From Candidatus Latescibacterota bacterium (GTDB lineage Bacteria; Latescibacterota; UBA2968; GCA-2709665), in contig OZ252100.1 of NCBI GenBank assembly GCA_965248435.1, positions 64,001 through 128,000 of the forward strand: a DNA stretch of 64,000 bases, written 5' to 3'. The first letter of the stretch is position 1. Every line of letters begins with the position of its first letter. The notes beneath the pieces were generated by a model that worked only from the letters and a program-made list of their open reading frames with translations, was not told the DNA's origin and made no database searches. The translations under genes and the position numbers were made by a program. Positions 29,010-38,902 of the stretch are shown here, piece after piece.

Positions 29010-30182
29010 ATGTACCGATTCGTTTTGGTCTTGTTTTTAGCGGGTCTATTTGCGGGGAATGTCCGCGCAGAGGATGAACCCGAAGAGACGCCGAGGCCCT
29101 TCGTGAAGGGTGGGGCGTACGACAAGCCGCATCTTTTCAAGCATTCAACCGGTAAGGCTTCGTTCGGCGGTTATGCCGAGGCCCACTTTCGTTATGAACA
29201 GGAAGAAGGGGTCACGGAAGAGCTCACCTTTGTTCCGATGCGGTTCAATCTGTTCTTTCATTCTGCTGTCTCTGAGCGGTTCAGGATGGCTGCCGAACTC
29301 GAGTTTGAAGAGGGGACAGAAGAGATCCTCCTGGAGCTCGCGATTCTGGACTTCGAGCTTCACTCATCGCTGTCGCTCCGCGCAGGCATGATCCTGACTC
29401 CGCTCGGCAAGTTCAACCTCGCCCACGACAGTCCGGCCAACAAGGTGACCGACCGACCCCTGGTCAGTACTCAGATTATCCCGACCGCGCTCTCTGAACC
29501 CGGAATGGGAGTCTTCGGCGCCTTCTACCCGTCTCCCCAATCGCGGGTTACCTACGAGCTCTACGCCGTGAACGGCCTTACCGCAGGATTGATCGAGGAG
29601 AGTGACGCGGGCACGCGCATTGCCAAGGGGCGGGGTAACATAGAAGACAACAACAACCGCCCCGCCTTCGCTGGGAGAATCGGGATCAGTCTCGTTCCAG
29701 AGGCAGAGGTGGGCTTCTCTTGGCACACGGGCCAATACAATGAATCAAAAGCGGAAGATCTGGTAGTGGACGATGCACGACAGTTGAGGATCCTGGCAGT
29801 GGACGCAGAATACCGCCGGGGACTCTACGAGTTCGTCGGTGAGTATGCCCGGGCCAGTATCGATCTTCCTCCGAGCCTGGGGGGGTCGATCTTTGCAGAA
29901 AAGCAGCAGGGCTTTTACGTTCAGGTAAGCGCCGAGTTCCTGCGGAATGTGATCCCGACCGTACCCGGGTCTTTCTTCCAGGGTGTCGTGAGATACGATC
30001 GCATCGATTTTGATACCGATCTGGAAGGAGATGACCAGACCCGCCTGACGCTGGGTCTCAACTTCCGTCCTACCGAAGATTCCGTTTTCAAGCTGAACTA
30101 TCTCTACAACCGTCACGATGACAGGAACAACGTCCGGGCCCTTGGCGCAGGCATCCTGTTCAGTGTTGCGACCTATTTTTGA
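29010..30182 (+). CDS. Outer-membrane beta-barrel/porin
   Basis: Sec signal, amphipathic strands, TDRP motif, C-terminal SVATYF; RBS GGAG. Confidence 0.75.
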   Translation: MYRFVLVLFLAGLFAGNVRAEDEPEETPRPFVKGGAYDKPHLFKHSTGKASFGGYAEAHFRYEQEEGVTEELTFVPMRFNLFFHSAVSERFRMAAELEFEEGTEEILLELAILDFELHSSLSLRAGMILTPLGKFNLAHDSPANKVTDRPLVSTQIIPTALSEPGMGVFGAFYPSPQSRVTYELYAVNGLTAGLIEESDAGTRIAKGRGNIEDNNNRPAFAGRIGISLVPEAEVGFSWHTGQYNESKAEDLVVDDARQLRILAVDAEYRRGLYEFVGEYARASIDLPPSLGGSIFAEKQQGFYVQVSAEFLRNVIPTVPGSFFQGVVRYDRIDFDTDLEGDDQTRLTLGLNFRPTEDSVFKLNYLYNRHDDRNNVRALGAGILFSVATYF

Positions 30183-30204
30183 GCTGAAGTAAATCCTGGC
30201 AGCA

Positions 30205-30236
30205 AAAAGGCCCCTGAGAATCCTCAGGGGCCTTTT
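30205..30236. terminator. Bidirectional terminator
   Basis: AAAAGGCCCCTGAG / CTCAGGGGCCTTTT between convergent genes. Confidence 0.88.
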
Positions 30237-30257
30237 CATTCCCTCAAATCCTGGCGT

Positions 30258-32633
30258 CTAGTTCTGGGCAGCGCGCACTTTCGCCAGACGCAGGGCGTTT
30301 CCCGTCACGCCGAGTGACGTGCCCATGTCACCCAGAAGGATGGCGGTGACGAGTGACACCAGACCCGGAAACACGCCGACCGCCAAGACGAACTTGATCA
30401 GGATGGAAGACCAGACATTCTGACGGATGACCCTGCGGGAGATACGCGAAAGACGGAGGAGGTATGGCAGTTTGGTGAGGTCATCGGCCATCAGGGCAAC
30501 GTCCGCGTTTTCGAGTGCCGCGTCGGTTCCCGCAGCACCCATCGCGATGCCGACCGACGCTGCAGCAAGCGCTGGTGCGTCGTTGATTCCGTCACCAATC
30601 ATGGCCACGCGGCCGTAGGTCTGCTCCAGTTCTCTTACGGCTTCGACCTTCTGCTCTGGAAGCAACCCGGCCCGAAACTCGTCCACCTCCAGCTCACGAG
30701 CGATCGTCCGCGCCGTCAGAGCATTATCTCCGGTCAGCATGACGATTCGCTCAACACCGAGCCGATGCATTGCCTGAATCGACTCGCGTGCATCCTTTCG
30801 CACCGTGTCGACGACGGCGAGACCCCCAATGAGCTCTGATTCATTTCCGATCAGGACGACCGTTTTCCCTTCTTGATAAAACCTTTCGAGCTTGCTGGGA
30901 ACCCTTCCCGGGAACAGCTCGGGTTTTCCGACTGTGAGGACCCCGCCGTTGATGCGTGCCCGCGCTCCCCGGCCCGTGATGGACTCGAAATCGGACACTT
31001 CGGGAAACTCGACGCCTTCGGCTCGTTTCACGATGGCGCGGGCAATCGGGTGCTGCGAGCGCTGCTCCAGGGCGCCTGCAAGACGCAAGACCTCCGACTC
31101 GGGCAGGCCGTTCAATGAAAAGATCTCACTGACTTCGAGTTTTCCGTGCGTCAGCGTCCCTGTTTTGTCGAATGCGACCACACGCACTTCGGCAAGTGCT
31201 TCCAGGTGATTGCCCCCCTTGATCAATACGCCGTTTCTGGCCGCGCTGGTAATGCCGCTTATCACCGCAACCGGCGTGGAAATTACCAATGCGCAGGGAC
31301 ACGCGATGACCAACAGCGTCAACCCCCGAAGGAACCAGGTGTCGAATTCAGCTCCCAGGATCAGGGGCGGGATGAGGATGACGCCTACGGCGAGCAGCGT
31401 TACCACAGGCGTATAGATGCGCGAGAGTTTCCTCACGAACTGCTCACTGGACGAGCGGTTCTCCTCGGCCTCTTCGACCATCCGGATGATGCGGCTCAAG
31501 GTGCTTTCAGAGGCTGTACGCGTCGCCAGAAGCGCCAGAAACCCTTCGCAATTGATCGTTCCCGCAAAGACCTCGTCGCCCATATTCTTGGTGATCGGCA
31601 TGGACTCCCCTGTAATGGGGGATTGGTCCACGGCCGAGGTGCCCCCGACGACCGTGCCATCGATCGGTATTTTTTCTCCCGGACGCACGAAGACTCTTTC
31701 GTTGTGTTCCAATTCCGCGACCGGCACAACACACTCCTGTCCGTTGCGCACCACCGCAGCGGTGTCGGGCGCCAGGTCCATTAGAGAGGTTATGGAATTT
31801 CGCGCTCGGTCGATGGAATAGCCCTCCAGCAACTCGGCGGTGGAGAACAGGAAGGCAATCGCCGCGGCTTCGGTGTACTCCCCCAGGCAAGCCGCGCCGA
31901 AGATGGCCGCGGTCATCAGGAAGTGCATGTCGAGCGAAAGGGTGCGGAGCGCACGAATGCCTGCGGGGAAGAAATTGAGACCGCCCAGAAGGGCCGACAT
32001 CAGAAAGAGCAGATCTTGCCACAGGCCAATCGGGACCAGCCGAGCCTCCGGTGCAATAAATTTGAGGGTCAGAGCCGTGAAGAAAAGGGTGCCTGAAAGC
32101 ACGGTAAGCACCTTTTTCCGGTCTTTCCAGAAGGAGATTCCGGTCCGTCTTTCCGTCTTTACGTCGTAGCCAGAGCGACGAACGGCGGAGGTGATTCGCA
32201 TTTCATCGGTGGCTGAAGGGTCGTAGATGACGGTCGCTCTGTGGTTCATCGAGCTCGTCGAACACTTAACTATGCCATCCAGATTCTGGATCGCCCGCTG
32301 CACCTCGTTCGCCTTGTCGGGACTGTCCATGTCTGGAACGGCTAATACGAGAGACTGACCCTCGGGTCCGACGGTGTATCCGATCTCTTCAATCGCCTCC
32401 TTGATGTCCTGTTGAGCGGGGGCGTCCGCCCGGTGTATTATGGACACCGATCTCGTCATCAGGTTCGCACGCACCTCGTGGACGCCATCCAACCGTTGGA
32501 GATGCCCCTCAACTTTCTCTACACAGTCCGGGCAGTCCATTCCTTGAATCTTGAAACGGGTGGTTGTACCTTGATCGTCCATGGGCATCAGGTGTTCGCC
32601 GGTGAAGGGGAAGGCGTAATCCTCAGCCTTCAT
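30258..32633 (-). CDS. Zn/Cd/Pb-type P1B ATPase (CadA/ZntA-like)
   Basis: GMDCPDC HMA domain, TGES, CPC, DKTGTLT, GDGINDAP; TM Lys (IKF) and Asp (DMG) of the P1B-2 class. Confidence 0.93.
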   Translation of the reverse strand: MKAEDYAFPFTGEHLMPMDDQGTTTRFKIQGMDCPDCVEKVEGHLQRLDGVHEVRANLMTRSVSIIHRADAPAQQDIKEAIEEIGYTVGPEGQSLVLAVPDMDSPDKANEVQRAIQNLDGIVKCSTSSMNHRATVIYDPSATDEMRITSAVRRSGYDVKTERRTGISFWKDRKKVLTVLSGTLFFTALTLKFIAPEARLVPIGLWQDLLFLMSALLGGLNFFPAGIRALRTLSLDMHFLMTAAIFGAACLGEYTEAAAIAFLFSTAELLEGYSIDRARNSITSLMDLAPDTAAVVRNGQECVVPVAELEHNERVFVRPGEKIPIDGTVVGGTSAVDQSPITGESMPITKNMGDEVFAGTINCEGFLALLATRTASESTLSRIIRMVEEAEENRSSSEQFVRKLSRIYTPVVTLLAVGVILIPPLILGAEFDTWFLRGLTLLVIACPCALVISTPVAVISGITSAARNGVLIKGGNHLEALAEVRVVAFDKTGTLTHGKLEVSEIFSLNGLPESEVLRLAGALEQRSQHPIARAIVKRAEGVEFPEVSDFESITGRGARARINGGVLTVGKPELFPGRVPSKLERFYQEGKTVVLIGNESELIGGLAVVDTVRKDARESIQAMHRLGVERIVMLTGDNALTARTIARELEVDEFRAGLLPEQKVEAVRELEQTYGRVAMIGDGINDAPALAAASVGIAMGAAGTDAALENADVALMADDLTKLPYLLRLSRISRRVIRQNVWSSILIKFVLAVGVFPGLVSLVTAILLGDMGTSLGVTGNALRLAKVRAAQN

Positions 32634-33001
32634 TCCAGTGCGTGTTCAAGGCCTGCTTCAAAAAGCAGCTGTACGTGTCGATCATCCAGGGAGTAGTAGG
32701 CCAGTTTTCCCTCTCTGCGATATTTCACCAGGCGCATCTGCCTTAGCGTTCTGAGCTGATGGCTGACCGCAGAATCGGTCGTGCCCAGAAGGGCTGCCAG
32801 GTCACAAACGCAGAGTTCGTGTTTGGACAGGGCGTTGATGATCTTCAGTCGACCCGGGTTACTCAGGACCTTGAAGGTCTCGGCGAGATGGTTGAGCGTG
32901 TCGTCAGCCGGAAGCGCGCTGGCGGCCATCCGCACCTTTTCCCTGTCGACGACGTGGTCCTCACACAGATCCGGCGTCAAGGATTCCGTGATCTTTTCCA
33001 T
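32630..33001 (-). CDS. ArsR/SmtB/CadC-family metalloregulator
   Basis: ELCVCDL, SAVSHQLR and SLDDRHV...EH motifs; start moved to ATG 33001 because the TTG at 33037 lies in the operator region. Confidence 0.92.
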   Translation of the reverse strand: MEKITESLTPDLCEDHVVDREKVRMAASALPADDTLNHLAETFKVLSNPGRLKIINALSKHELCVCDLAALLGTTDSAVSHQLRTLRQMRLVKYRREGKLAYYSLDDRHVQLLFEAGLEHALE

Positions 33002-33028
33002 AAGGCCCTCTGGGGATACGCTTGATCC

Positions 33029-33075
33029 TATGTTCAATCGTTACATATGATAAGGGATATCGGGTGTGTTGTCAA
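33029..33075 (-). promoter_or_regulatory. sigma70 promoter and probable ArsR/SmtB operator
   Basis: Minus strand TTGACA-17-TATCAT; imperfect inverted repeat TATGT-N9-ACATA at 33029-33047. Confidence 0.6.
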
Positions 33076-33117
33076 GCGGAGGCTTGCCGAGGCCTGATTG
33101 AATTTGTGAAATCAAAC

Positions 33118-33160
33118 TTGACTTTCACCCAACGGCTGACTATTTTTAGTTAAGCCTAAA
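33118..33160 (+). promoter_or_regulatory. sigma70 promoter with an overlapping DtxR/MntR-type box
   Basis: TTGACT-17-TATTTT; TTTAG-TTAAGC-CTAAA at 33145-33160, same offset as the site at 27237. Confidence 0.8.
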
Positions 33161-33183
33161 TTGATTCTTCATTCATTCAAAAA

Positions 33184-34224
33184 ATGGTGACTGTGAATAT
33201 GGGTGAACACGGGACACTCCTGATTACGGTCTTGCTGATGACGGCCGTTGGCCTGATTTTCTGGCCGCAGCGGGGTTATTTCTGGCGCTTGCAGCGCGTT
33301 GGCCGGACGGTCGAGCGCATCCTGATTGAAGATGCGCTCAAGCATTTTTACAATTTCGAATATCGCAGACAAGTCGTTACGGTGGAGTCTCTCGCGGGGT
33401 CATTGGAGATTTCTCGCAACCGGGCGGTCGAGCTGCTTGTCCGGACCCAGACCCTCGGGTTGGTTCAGTCCGATGAGGGTAGACCGCGCTTGACCCCGGA
33501 AGGCCGCAACTATGCTCTTCGGGTTATTCGAGTGCATCGACTCTGGGAACACCATCTGGCCGAGGAAACCGGAACGGCCGCCTCTGAGTGGCACAGTTCT
33601 GCCGAGTATCGGGAGCACGACATCACGGAGAGCGAAGCAGACCACCTGGCCGAACAGATGGGAGACCCCGCGTTCGATCCTCACGGCGATCCCATTCCAA
33701 CGGCCACGGGTGATATTGCGCCACGCCGCGGGCAACCGCTCAACGCGCTCACTGTCGGTGAGCTGGCGACCATCGTTCATATCGAGGACGAACCCGAGAC
33801 CATCTATGCTCAGCTCGTTGCAGATGGAATCCATTTAGGTATACGGGTGGAGGTCTCGGAAATCTCACCCGAGCGTATCCGACTCTGGGCAGATGGGGAG
33901 GAGTGCGTATTGGCGCCTGTCGTGGCTGCAAACGTCTTTGTTGACCCCCTCCCCAGGGATCAGGAAATGGAGGGTCCGTTTGAAACGCTGACCTCTCTTT
34001 CGGCTGGAGAAAGGGGCAAGGTGCTCCTCATATCCAGAGCGTGCCGGGGCCTCGAGCGTCGGCGTCTGATGGATCTCGGCATTTTGCCTGGCACGGTGAT
34101 TGAATCGGAAATGATGAGTCCCAGTGGAGACCCTACTGCCTATCGCGTGCGTGGCGCCTTGATCGCACTGCGCAAGGAACAGGCCAGTCAGATTCGCATT
34201 GAAAAACTCGTGGAGGTAACCTGA
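33184..34224 (+). CDS. Membrane-anchored DtxR/MntR-like protein with two FeoA domains
   Basis: N-terminal hydrophobic helix, [25 protein letters not shown]3 domain and a terminal FeoA ([11 protein letters not shown]...GDP...ALRK). Confidence 0.85.
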   Translation: MVTVNMGEHGTLLITVLLMTAVGLIFWPQRGYFWRLQRVGRTVERILIEDALKHFYNFEYRRQVVTVESLAGSLEISRNRAVELLVRTQTLGLVQSDEGRPRLTPEGRNYALRVIRVHRLWEHHLAEETGTAASEWHSSAEYREHDITESEADHLAEQMGDPAFDPHGDPIPTATGDIAPRRGQPLNALTVGELATIVHIEDEPETIYAQLVADGIHLGIRVEVSEISPERIRLWADGEECVLAPVVAANVFVDPLPRDQEMEGPFETLTSLSAGERGKVLLISRACRGLERRRLMDLGILPGTVIESEMMSPSGDPTAYRVRGALIALRKEQASQIRIEKLVEVT

Positions 34225-35057
34225 TGGCTGAAGATGTATCTCCAAGCGCTTGTGAGGCCTGCCCGTCTCATCATGCGGGCAACCTGATCAAACTTGGCGT
34301 CGACATGGAGAACTGGGATTACGTTGTCGCTCTGGCCGGGAACCCGAACACCGGTAAGAGCACGGTCTTCAACAATCTGACAGGACTCCGACAACACACG
34401 GGAAACTGGCCGGGTAAGACCGTGGCCCGGGCCGAGGGAGGATTCGAGTCCGGGGGAAAACGGTATAAACTGGTCGACCTGCCGGGCACTTATTCTTTGC
34501 TTTCAACGAGCTACGACGAAGAAGTTGCACGCGATTTCATTCTGTTCGGGCGCCCCGACGTCACCGTTGTTGTGGTGGACGCCACGCGCCTGGAACGCAA
34601 CCTCAACCTGGTGCTGCAGGTGTTGGAAATTACGGACCGGGCCGTGGTTTGCCTCAATCTTATAGATGAAGCCAAACGGCACGGCCTCACGCTGGATGAC
34701 CGCCGCCTGGCACGGGATCTGGGGGTGCCGGTTGTTCCCACCGCTGCGCGTCAGGGAGAGGGCATTCCGCTGTTGATCAAAACCCTCAGCGAGGTCGCTG
34801 CCGGGCAGACAGTCTGCAGGCCCCATCGGATTCAGAGCGAAACGCCCGCACTCAAGCGTGCGATCAACACGCTTGTCCAAAAGATTGAATCTCAGTTCTC
34901 CGGACTGCCGAATACGCGGTGGGTGGCCTTGCGGTTGCTGGAGGGAGATCGGCGTATTATCGACGCCGTCCAATCGGGGGAGTTGGGTGATCTCAGTGTG
35001 CCGAGCCTGTCAGATGTCGGCGATGAACTGCAAGAGAGGTTGGAGGTGGTCTCATGA
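34224..35057 (+). CDS. Split FeoB, N-terminal GTPase subunit
   Basis: [22 protein letters not shown]; N-terminal CEACPSHH. Confidence 0.9.
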   Translation: MAEDVSPSACEACPSHHAGNLIKLGVDMENWDYVVALAGNPNTGKSTVFNNLTGLRQHTGNWPGKTVARAEGGFESGGKRYKLVDLPGTYSLLSTSYDEEVARDFILFGRPDVTVVVVDATRLERNLNLVLQVLEITDRAVVCLNLIDEAKRHGLTLDDRRLARDLGVPVVPTAARQGEGIPLLIKTLSEVAAGQTVCRPHRIQSETPALKRAINTLVQKIESQFSGLPNTRWVALRLLEGDRRIIDAVQSGELGDLSVPSLSDVGDELQERLEVVS

Positions 35058-36481
35058 ACACGAAAAGCACTCCCGAAGACCTGCTTCCCGTTGCGGCCGC
35101 GTTGCGCTGGGAAGTCGGTGGAAACTTTCACGATTCTCTCATGGAAGCCATCTATACAGACGCCGCTCGGATTGCGGACCGGTCCGTGACCCGAAGTGAC
35201 ACGCAGCCGCGCTTCGACCTGGATCGCACGATCGACCGGTTGGTGACCAGCCGCTGGCTGGGGTTTCCCATCATGCTGCTGATGCTTGCAGTGGTATTCT
35301 GGGTGACGATCGAGGGTGCGAATGTGCCTTCTGCCATGCTGGCGACCTTGTTGATCGATACATTCCATCCCGTTTTGAAGCAAGCTTCCGCCGCCATGGG
35401 GGTCCCGTGGTGGCTTGATGGGGTGGTCCTCGACGGAATGTACCTCGCCATGGCGTGGGTGATCGCCGTGATGCTGCCGCCGATGGCAATCTTCTTTCCG
35501 TTGTTTACGCTGCTGGAGGATTTCGGATACCTTCCCAGGGTGGCCTTCAACCTGGACAATCTCTTCAAGAAAGCGGGTGCGCACGGCAAGCAGGCCTTGA
35601 CGATGAGTATGGGATTCGGGTGTAACGCGGCGGCCATTGTCGCCACGCGCGTGATCGACAGCCCAAGGGAGCGCCTGATTGCCATCATCACGAACAATTT
35701 CGCGCTTTGCAACGGACGCTGGCCGACACAGATCCTCATCGCGACGATCTTTATCGGCGGGTTGGCCCCCGCCCATCTTGCCGGATTGGTGTCCGCAGGG
35801 GCGGTGGTGTCCGTAGCGGTCCTGGGCATTGTGCTTTCGTTTGTCGTTTCCTGGGGGCTTTCAAACACGGTCCTGAAAGGGGAGGCCTCGGCATTCAGCC
35901 TGGAGCTTCCTCCCTATCGCCCTCCCCGAATCCTTCAAACGCTTTACACTTCTATGATCGATCGTACCCTTATTGTGCTCTGGCGCGCTGTCTATTTCGC
36001 AATTCCTGCCGGGTTTGTTATCTGGACGGTTTCCAACGTTCATATCGGCGGGAACAGCCTGGCTGTGATCTTCATGGATTGGAGCAACCCGTTCGGTCTT
36101 TTGATCGGGTTGAATGGTGTGATTTTGCTGGCCTATATCGTTGCAATTCCGGCCAATGAAATCGTCATTCCGACGATTCTCATGCTCACGGTCTTGAGTG
36201 CAGGGCTGGGCGGTGTTGGGGGAGGCGCGGGTGTCATGTTCGAGCTTGATTCCGAGACGGCAACCGCGGCCATCTTTCACGCAGGGGGATGGAGCTTGCT
36301 GACCGCCGTCAATCTGATGTTGTTCAGTCTGGTTCACAATCCCTGCTCGACAACCCTTTACACTATCTACAAGGAAACCGGAAGCGCCAAGTGGACGACG
36401 GTGTCTGCGCTTCTCCCGATTGGGATGGGATTCGTCCTCTGCTTCCTGGTTGCGGAGGTCTGGGGACTTTTCTCGGGATAG
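35054..36481 (+). CDS. Split FeoB, membrane (gate) subunit
   Basis: [26 protein letters not shown] and PCSTT motifs; ATGA overlap with its own RBS GGAGGT. Confidence 0.9.
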   Translation: MNTKSTPEDLLPVAAALRWEVGGNFHDSLMEAIYTDAARIADRSVTRSDTQPRFDLDRTIDRLVTSRWLGFPIMLLMLAVVFWVTIEGANVPSAMLATLLIDTFHPVLKQASAAMGVPWWLDGVVLDGMYLAMAWVIAVMLPPMAIFFPLFTLLEDFGYLPRVAFNLDNLFKKAGAHGKQALTMSMGFGCNAAAIVATRVIDSPRERLIAIITNNFALCNGRWPTQILIATIFIGGLAPAHLAGLVSAGAVVSVAVLGIVLSFVVSWGLSNTVLKGEASAFSLELPPYRPPRILQTLYTSMIDRTLIVLWRAVYFAIPAGFVIWTVSNVHIGGNSLAVIFMDWSNPFGLLIGLNGVILLAYIVAIPANEIVIPTILMLTVLSAGLGGVGGGAGVMFELDSETATAAIFHAGGWSLLTAVNLMLFSLVHNPCSTTLYTIYKETGSAKWTTVSALLPIGMGFVLCFLVAEVWGLFSG

Positions 36482-36515
36482 ATATCCGGACTCAAAACCC
36501 TTCGGAGTCGAGACC

Positions 36516-37193
36516 ATGCTGAGCCAGGCCGCGCAAGATTACTTGAAGGAAATCTACAAGATCCAGAAGGCGAGCGATCCCAACGTCTCGGTTAATACCT
36601 CTGCGATTGCAGAGAAGATGGATGTTGCGGCGGCCTCCGTGACGAACATGGTCAAGAAGCTGGCAGCGTTGAAGCTGGTTCGCCATACCCCCTACCAGGG
36701 CGTCGAACTAACGTCAGCGGGTGTGCAGATCGCCCTGGAGATTCTCAGACATCACCGCCTGTTAGAGCTCTATCTGGCGAAGACGCTTGGGTATGGATGG
36801 GATCGGGTGGATGCCGAGGCGGATAAACTGGAACACGTGATCTCCGAGGAGTTCGAAGATCGAATCGATGAAGCACTGGGCCATCCGACGACGGATCCCC
36901 ACGGGTCGCCCATACCCACCAAAGAGGGGAGTATCCCAGAAGAGAATGTATTCCCGCTCTCAGGCGTCAAGATGGACCAGCGTGCCGTTATCCGGCAGGT
37001 GAGTGATCAGAGTCCCGAAATGCTACGTTACATGGAATCCCTGGGGCTAACGCCTGAAGTCAGGGTGGAGGTCCTGGAGCAGGCCCCCTTTGGCGGACCG
37101 CTGCTCGTGAGGGTAAACGGCGGCGAGAAGCATTCCCTCGGGCTGGAAGTGGCACGGCACATCTACGTCTCCCTTGAATCCACCGGATCCTAA
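36516..37193 (+). CDS. MntR/SirR-type DtxR-family repressor with an SH3/FeoA domain
   Basis: QDYLKEIY, RHHRLLELYL, EADKLEH, DPHGSPIP; ATG 36516 after GGAG. Confidence 0.92.
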   Translation: MLSQAAQDYLKEIYKIQKASDPNVSVNTSAIAEKMDVAAASVTNMVKKLAALKLVRHTPYQGVELTSAGVQIALEILRHHRLLELYLAKTLGYGWDRVDAEADKLEHVISEEFEDRIDEALGHPTTDPHGSPIPTKEGSIPEENVFPLSGVKMDQRAVIRQVSDQSPEMLRYMESLGLTPEVRVEVLEQAPFGGPLLVRVNGGEKHSLGLEVARHIYVSLESTGS

Positions 37194-37199
37194 TACCGT

Positions 37200-38852
37200 T
37201 TGCGCGTCAGAGTGATCAACCTTCTCATTCCTCCGGTTTTTATCGCAATCCTGCTGGTTCCGGTCAATGTGACGGGTCAGCAGGCGCCCCGCCCGGACCG
37301 CGTTCACCTCCCGCTTTCTCCAGTCGAAGAACACGAAATCTATTGCCGAGCGTGTGCCCTGTTCGACCGGGACGCGCTTTTGCCGGGTAGCCCTTATCTC
37401 CTGGACCGAGCGATCTGCGGGACCCCTGCGGTCATGAGTTTGGCTTTGAACTGGCCCAGGCTGAGCAAGGCCACGCGAGAGGCCTTCGCCTACTTGTTCC
37501 AGAGGCCAAGCCGCCAGCGGACGGTTACCAGCCCCGGCGGGAAGTTCAAGATTCATTTCGATGAGAACGGTAGCAACGCGGTCAGTCTGATCGATCAGAA
37601 TTCGAACGGTGTGTCAGACTATGTGGATGAAGTTGCCAGGACCTTCGACGCTGCGTGGGATTTGCAGATCGGCGAATTGGGGTATGATCCGCCCCTTTCG
37701 GATGGGGACGAATTCTTCGATGTTTACATCAAGAATCTGGCTCCCCAGTTCGTATATGGATTTACCTGGCCTGAGTCTTTTGGCGGATCGGTTACGCCCA
37801 GCTATATGGAGATCGACAACGACTATGGTGAAAGTATCTACGCGTCCAGGGGGCTCAATGGGCTGCACGTAACCGCCGCGCACGAATTCTTCCACGCGAT
37901 TCAATTTGCTTATTATGCAGACCTGAGATCTGCGGGGTGGTGGCACGAATCGACAGCGACGTGGATTGAAGAAGTCGCCTATACCGATGTCAACGATTAC
38001 TATCAGTACATTCCGTTTTTCTTCGATTCTCCCACGGCACCTCTCGATCGTAACAATCAGTTCAGCAACTTTCCTGTGTTCGGCACTGCCGTATACCCGC
38101 TTCACCTGGATCGAGTTTACGGGAAGGCCTCCATACGGAGAACCTGGGAGGTTTTGAGATCTCGAGATCGGTCGCCCTATCCTGAAAGCTTGGGAGACCT
38201 TGACGCGGGAATGCCTCTGGGCGGTTTCAAGGATGTGCTTCCCCGGTTTGCTGTGTGGAATTATTTCATCGGGAGCAGGAGTCGTTCCGGGTACTATCCC
38301 GAAGCCAGCTTCTATCCCGCAGTTGCGACAAAGACTGTGCTTCCAGCGTTGGGCCTTCCTGTGTCCGGGACAAGCGAGGTGGATCACCTGGCGATGGATT
38401 ACATTCAGGTGCCCATCACGACGCGTTCTGGAGGCCTGCGAGCCTCCTTCGTCCTTGACGCAGATGCGACCTGGACACTTCTCGTGCTGTTGATCAGCGA
38501 TACCGGCCACGAGATCCTTCGGCCCCGGGTTACCACGAAAATAGAAATACCGCAGATCGACCGGCTCAATGAGATCGTGTTCATCCCGATCGTGACGTCA
38601 CTCCAAGGAAGCAGGTTTGACGCCGACTATACGATCTCTCTGGATCCCGGGATTGCGATTGCTTCGGACTTCGTGGGTGACTTCGACCAGAACGGACAGG
38701 TCTGGTTTCCAGACTTTCTTACGTTTGCCACCTCCTTCGAAAAAGATGCAGAGGACCCGGGCTACGATGAAACGACTGATTTGGACGGAAACGGGAAGAC
38801 AGAATTTCTTGATTTCTTGATCTTCGTCCGGCACTTCGGTGAGCCATCGTGA
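37200..38852 (+). CDS. Secreted zinc metallopeptidase-like protein with a C-terminal EF-hand/dockerin-like domain
   Basis: Signal peptide, TAAHEFFHAIQ...WWHESTA, and a DFDQNG / DLDGNG Ca-binding pair. Confidence 0.8.
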   Translation: MRVRVINLLIPPVFIAILLVPVNVTGQQAPRPDRVHLPLSPVEEHEIYCRACALFDRDALLPGSPYLLDRAICGTPAVMSLALNWPRLSKATREAFAYLFQRPSRQRTVTSPGGKFKIHFDENGSNAVSLIDQNSNGVSDYVDEVARTFDAAWDLQIGELGYDPPLSDGDEFFDVYIKNLAPQFVYGFTWPESFGGSVTPSYMEIDNDYGESIYASRGLNGLHVTAAHEFFHAIQFAYYADLRSAGWWHESTATWIEEVAYTDVNDYYQYIPFFFDSPTAPLDRNNQFSNFPVFGTAVYPLHLDRVYGKASIRRTWEVLRSRDRSPYPESLGDLDAGMPLGGFKDVLPRFAVWNYFIGSRSRSGYYPEASFYPAVATKTVLPALGLPVSGTSEVDHLAMDYIQVPITTRSGGLRASFVLDADATWTLLVLLISDTGHEILRPRVTTKIEIPQIDRLNEIVFIPIVTSLQGSRFDADYTISLDPGIAIASDFVGDFDQNGQVWFPDFLTFATSFEKDAEDPGYDETTDLDGNGKTEFLDFLIFVRHFGEPS

Positions 38853-38902
38853 AGCCCTGATAAAAAGCGCTGACCAACTTAACCACAGGTACGAGGAGCC
38901 TC

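Noticed and set aside
35040-35060. feoB2 as a frameshifted pseudogene
   Set aside because: ATGA coupling, a dedicated GGAGGT RBS and a break at the domain boundary indicate a natural split.
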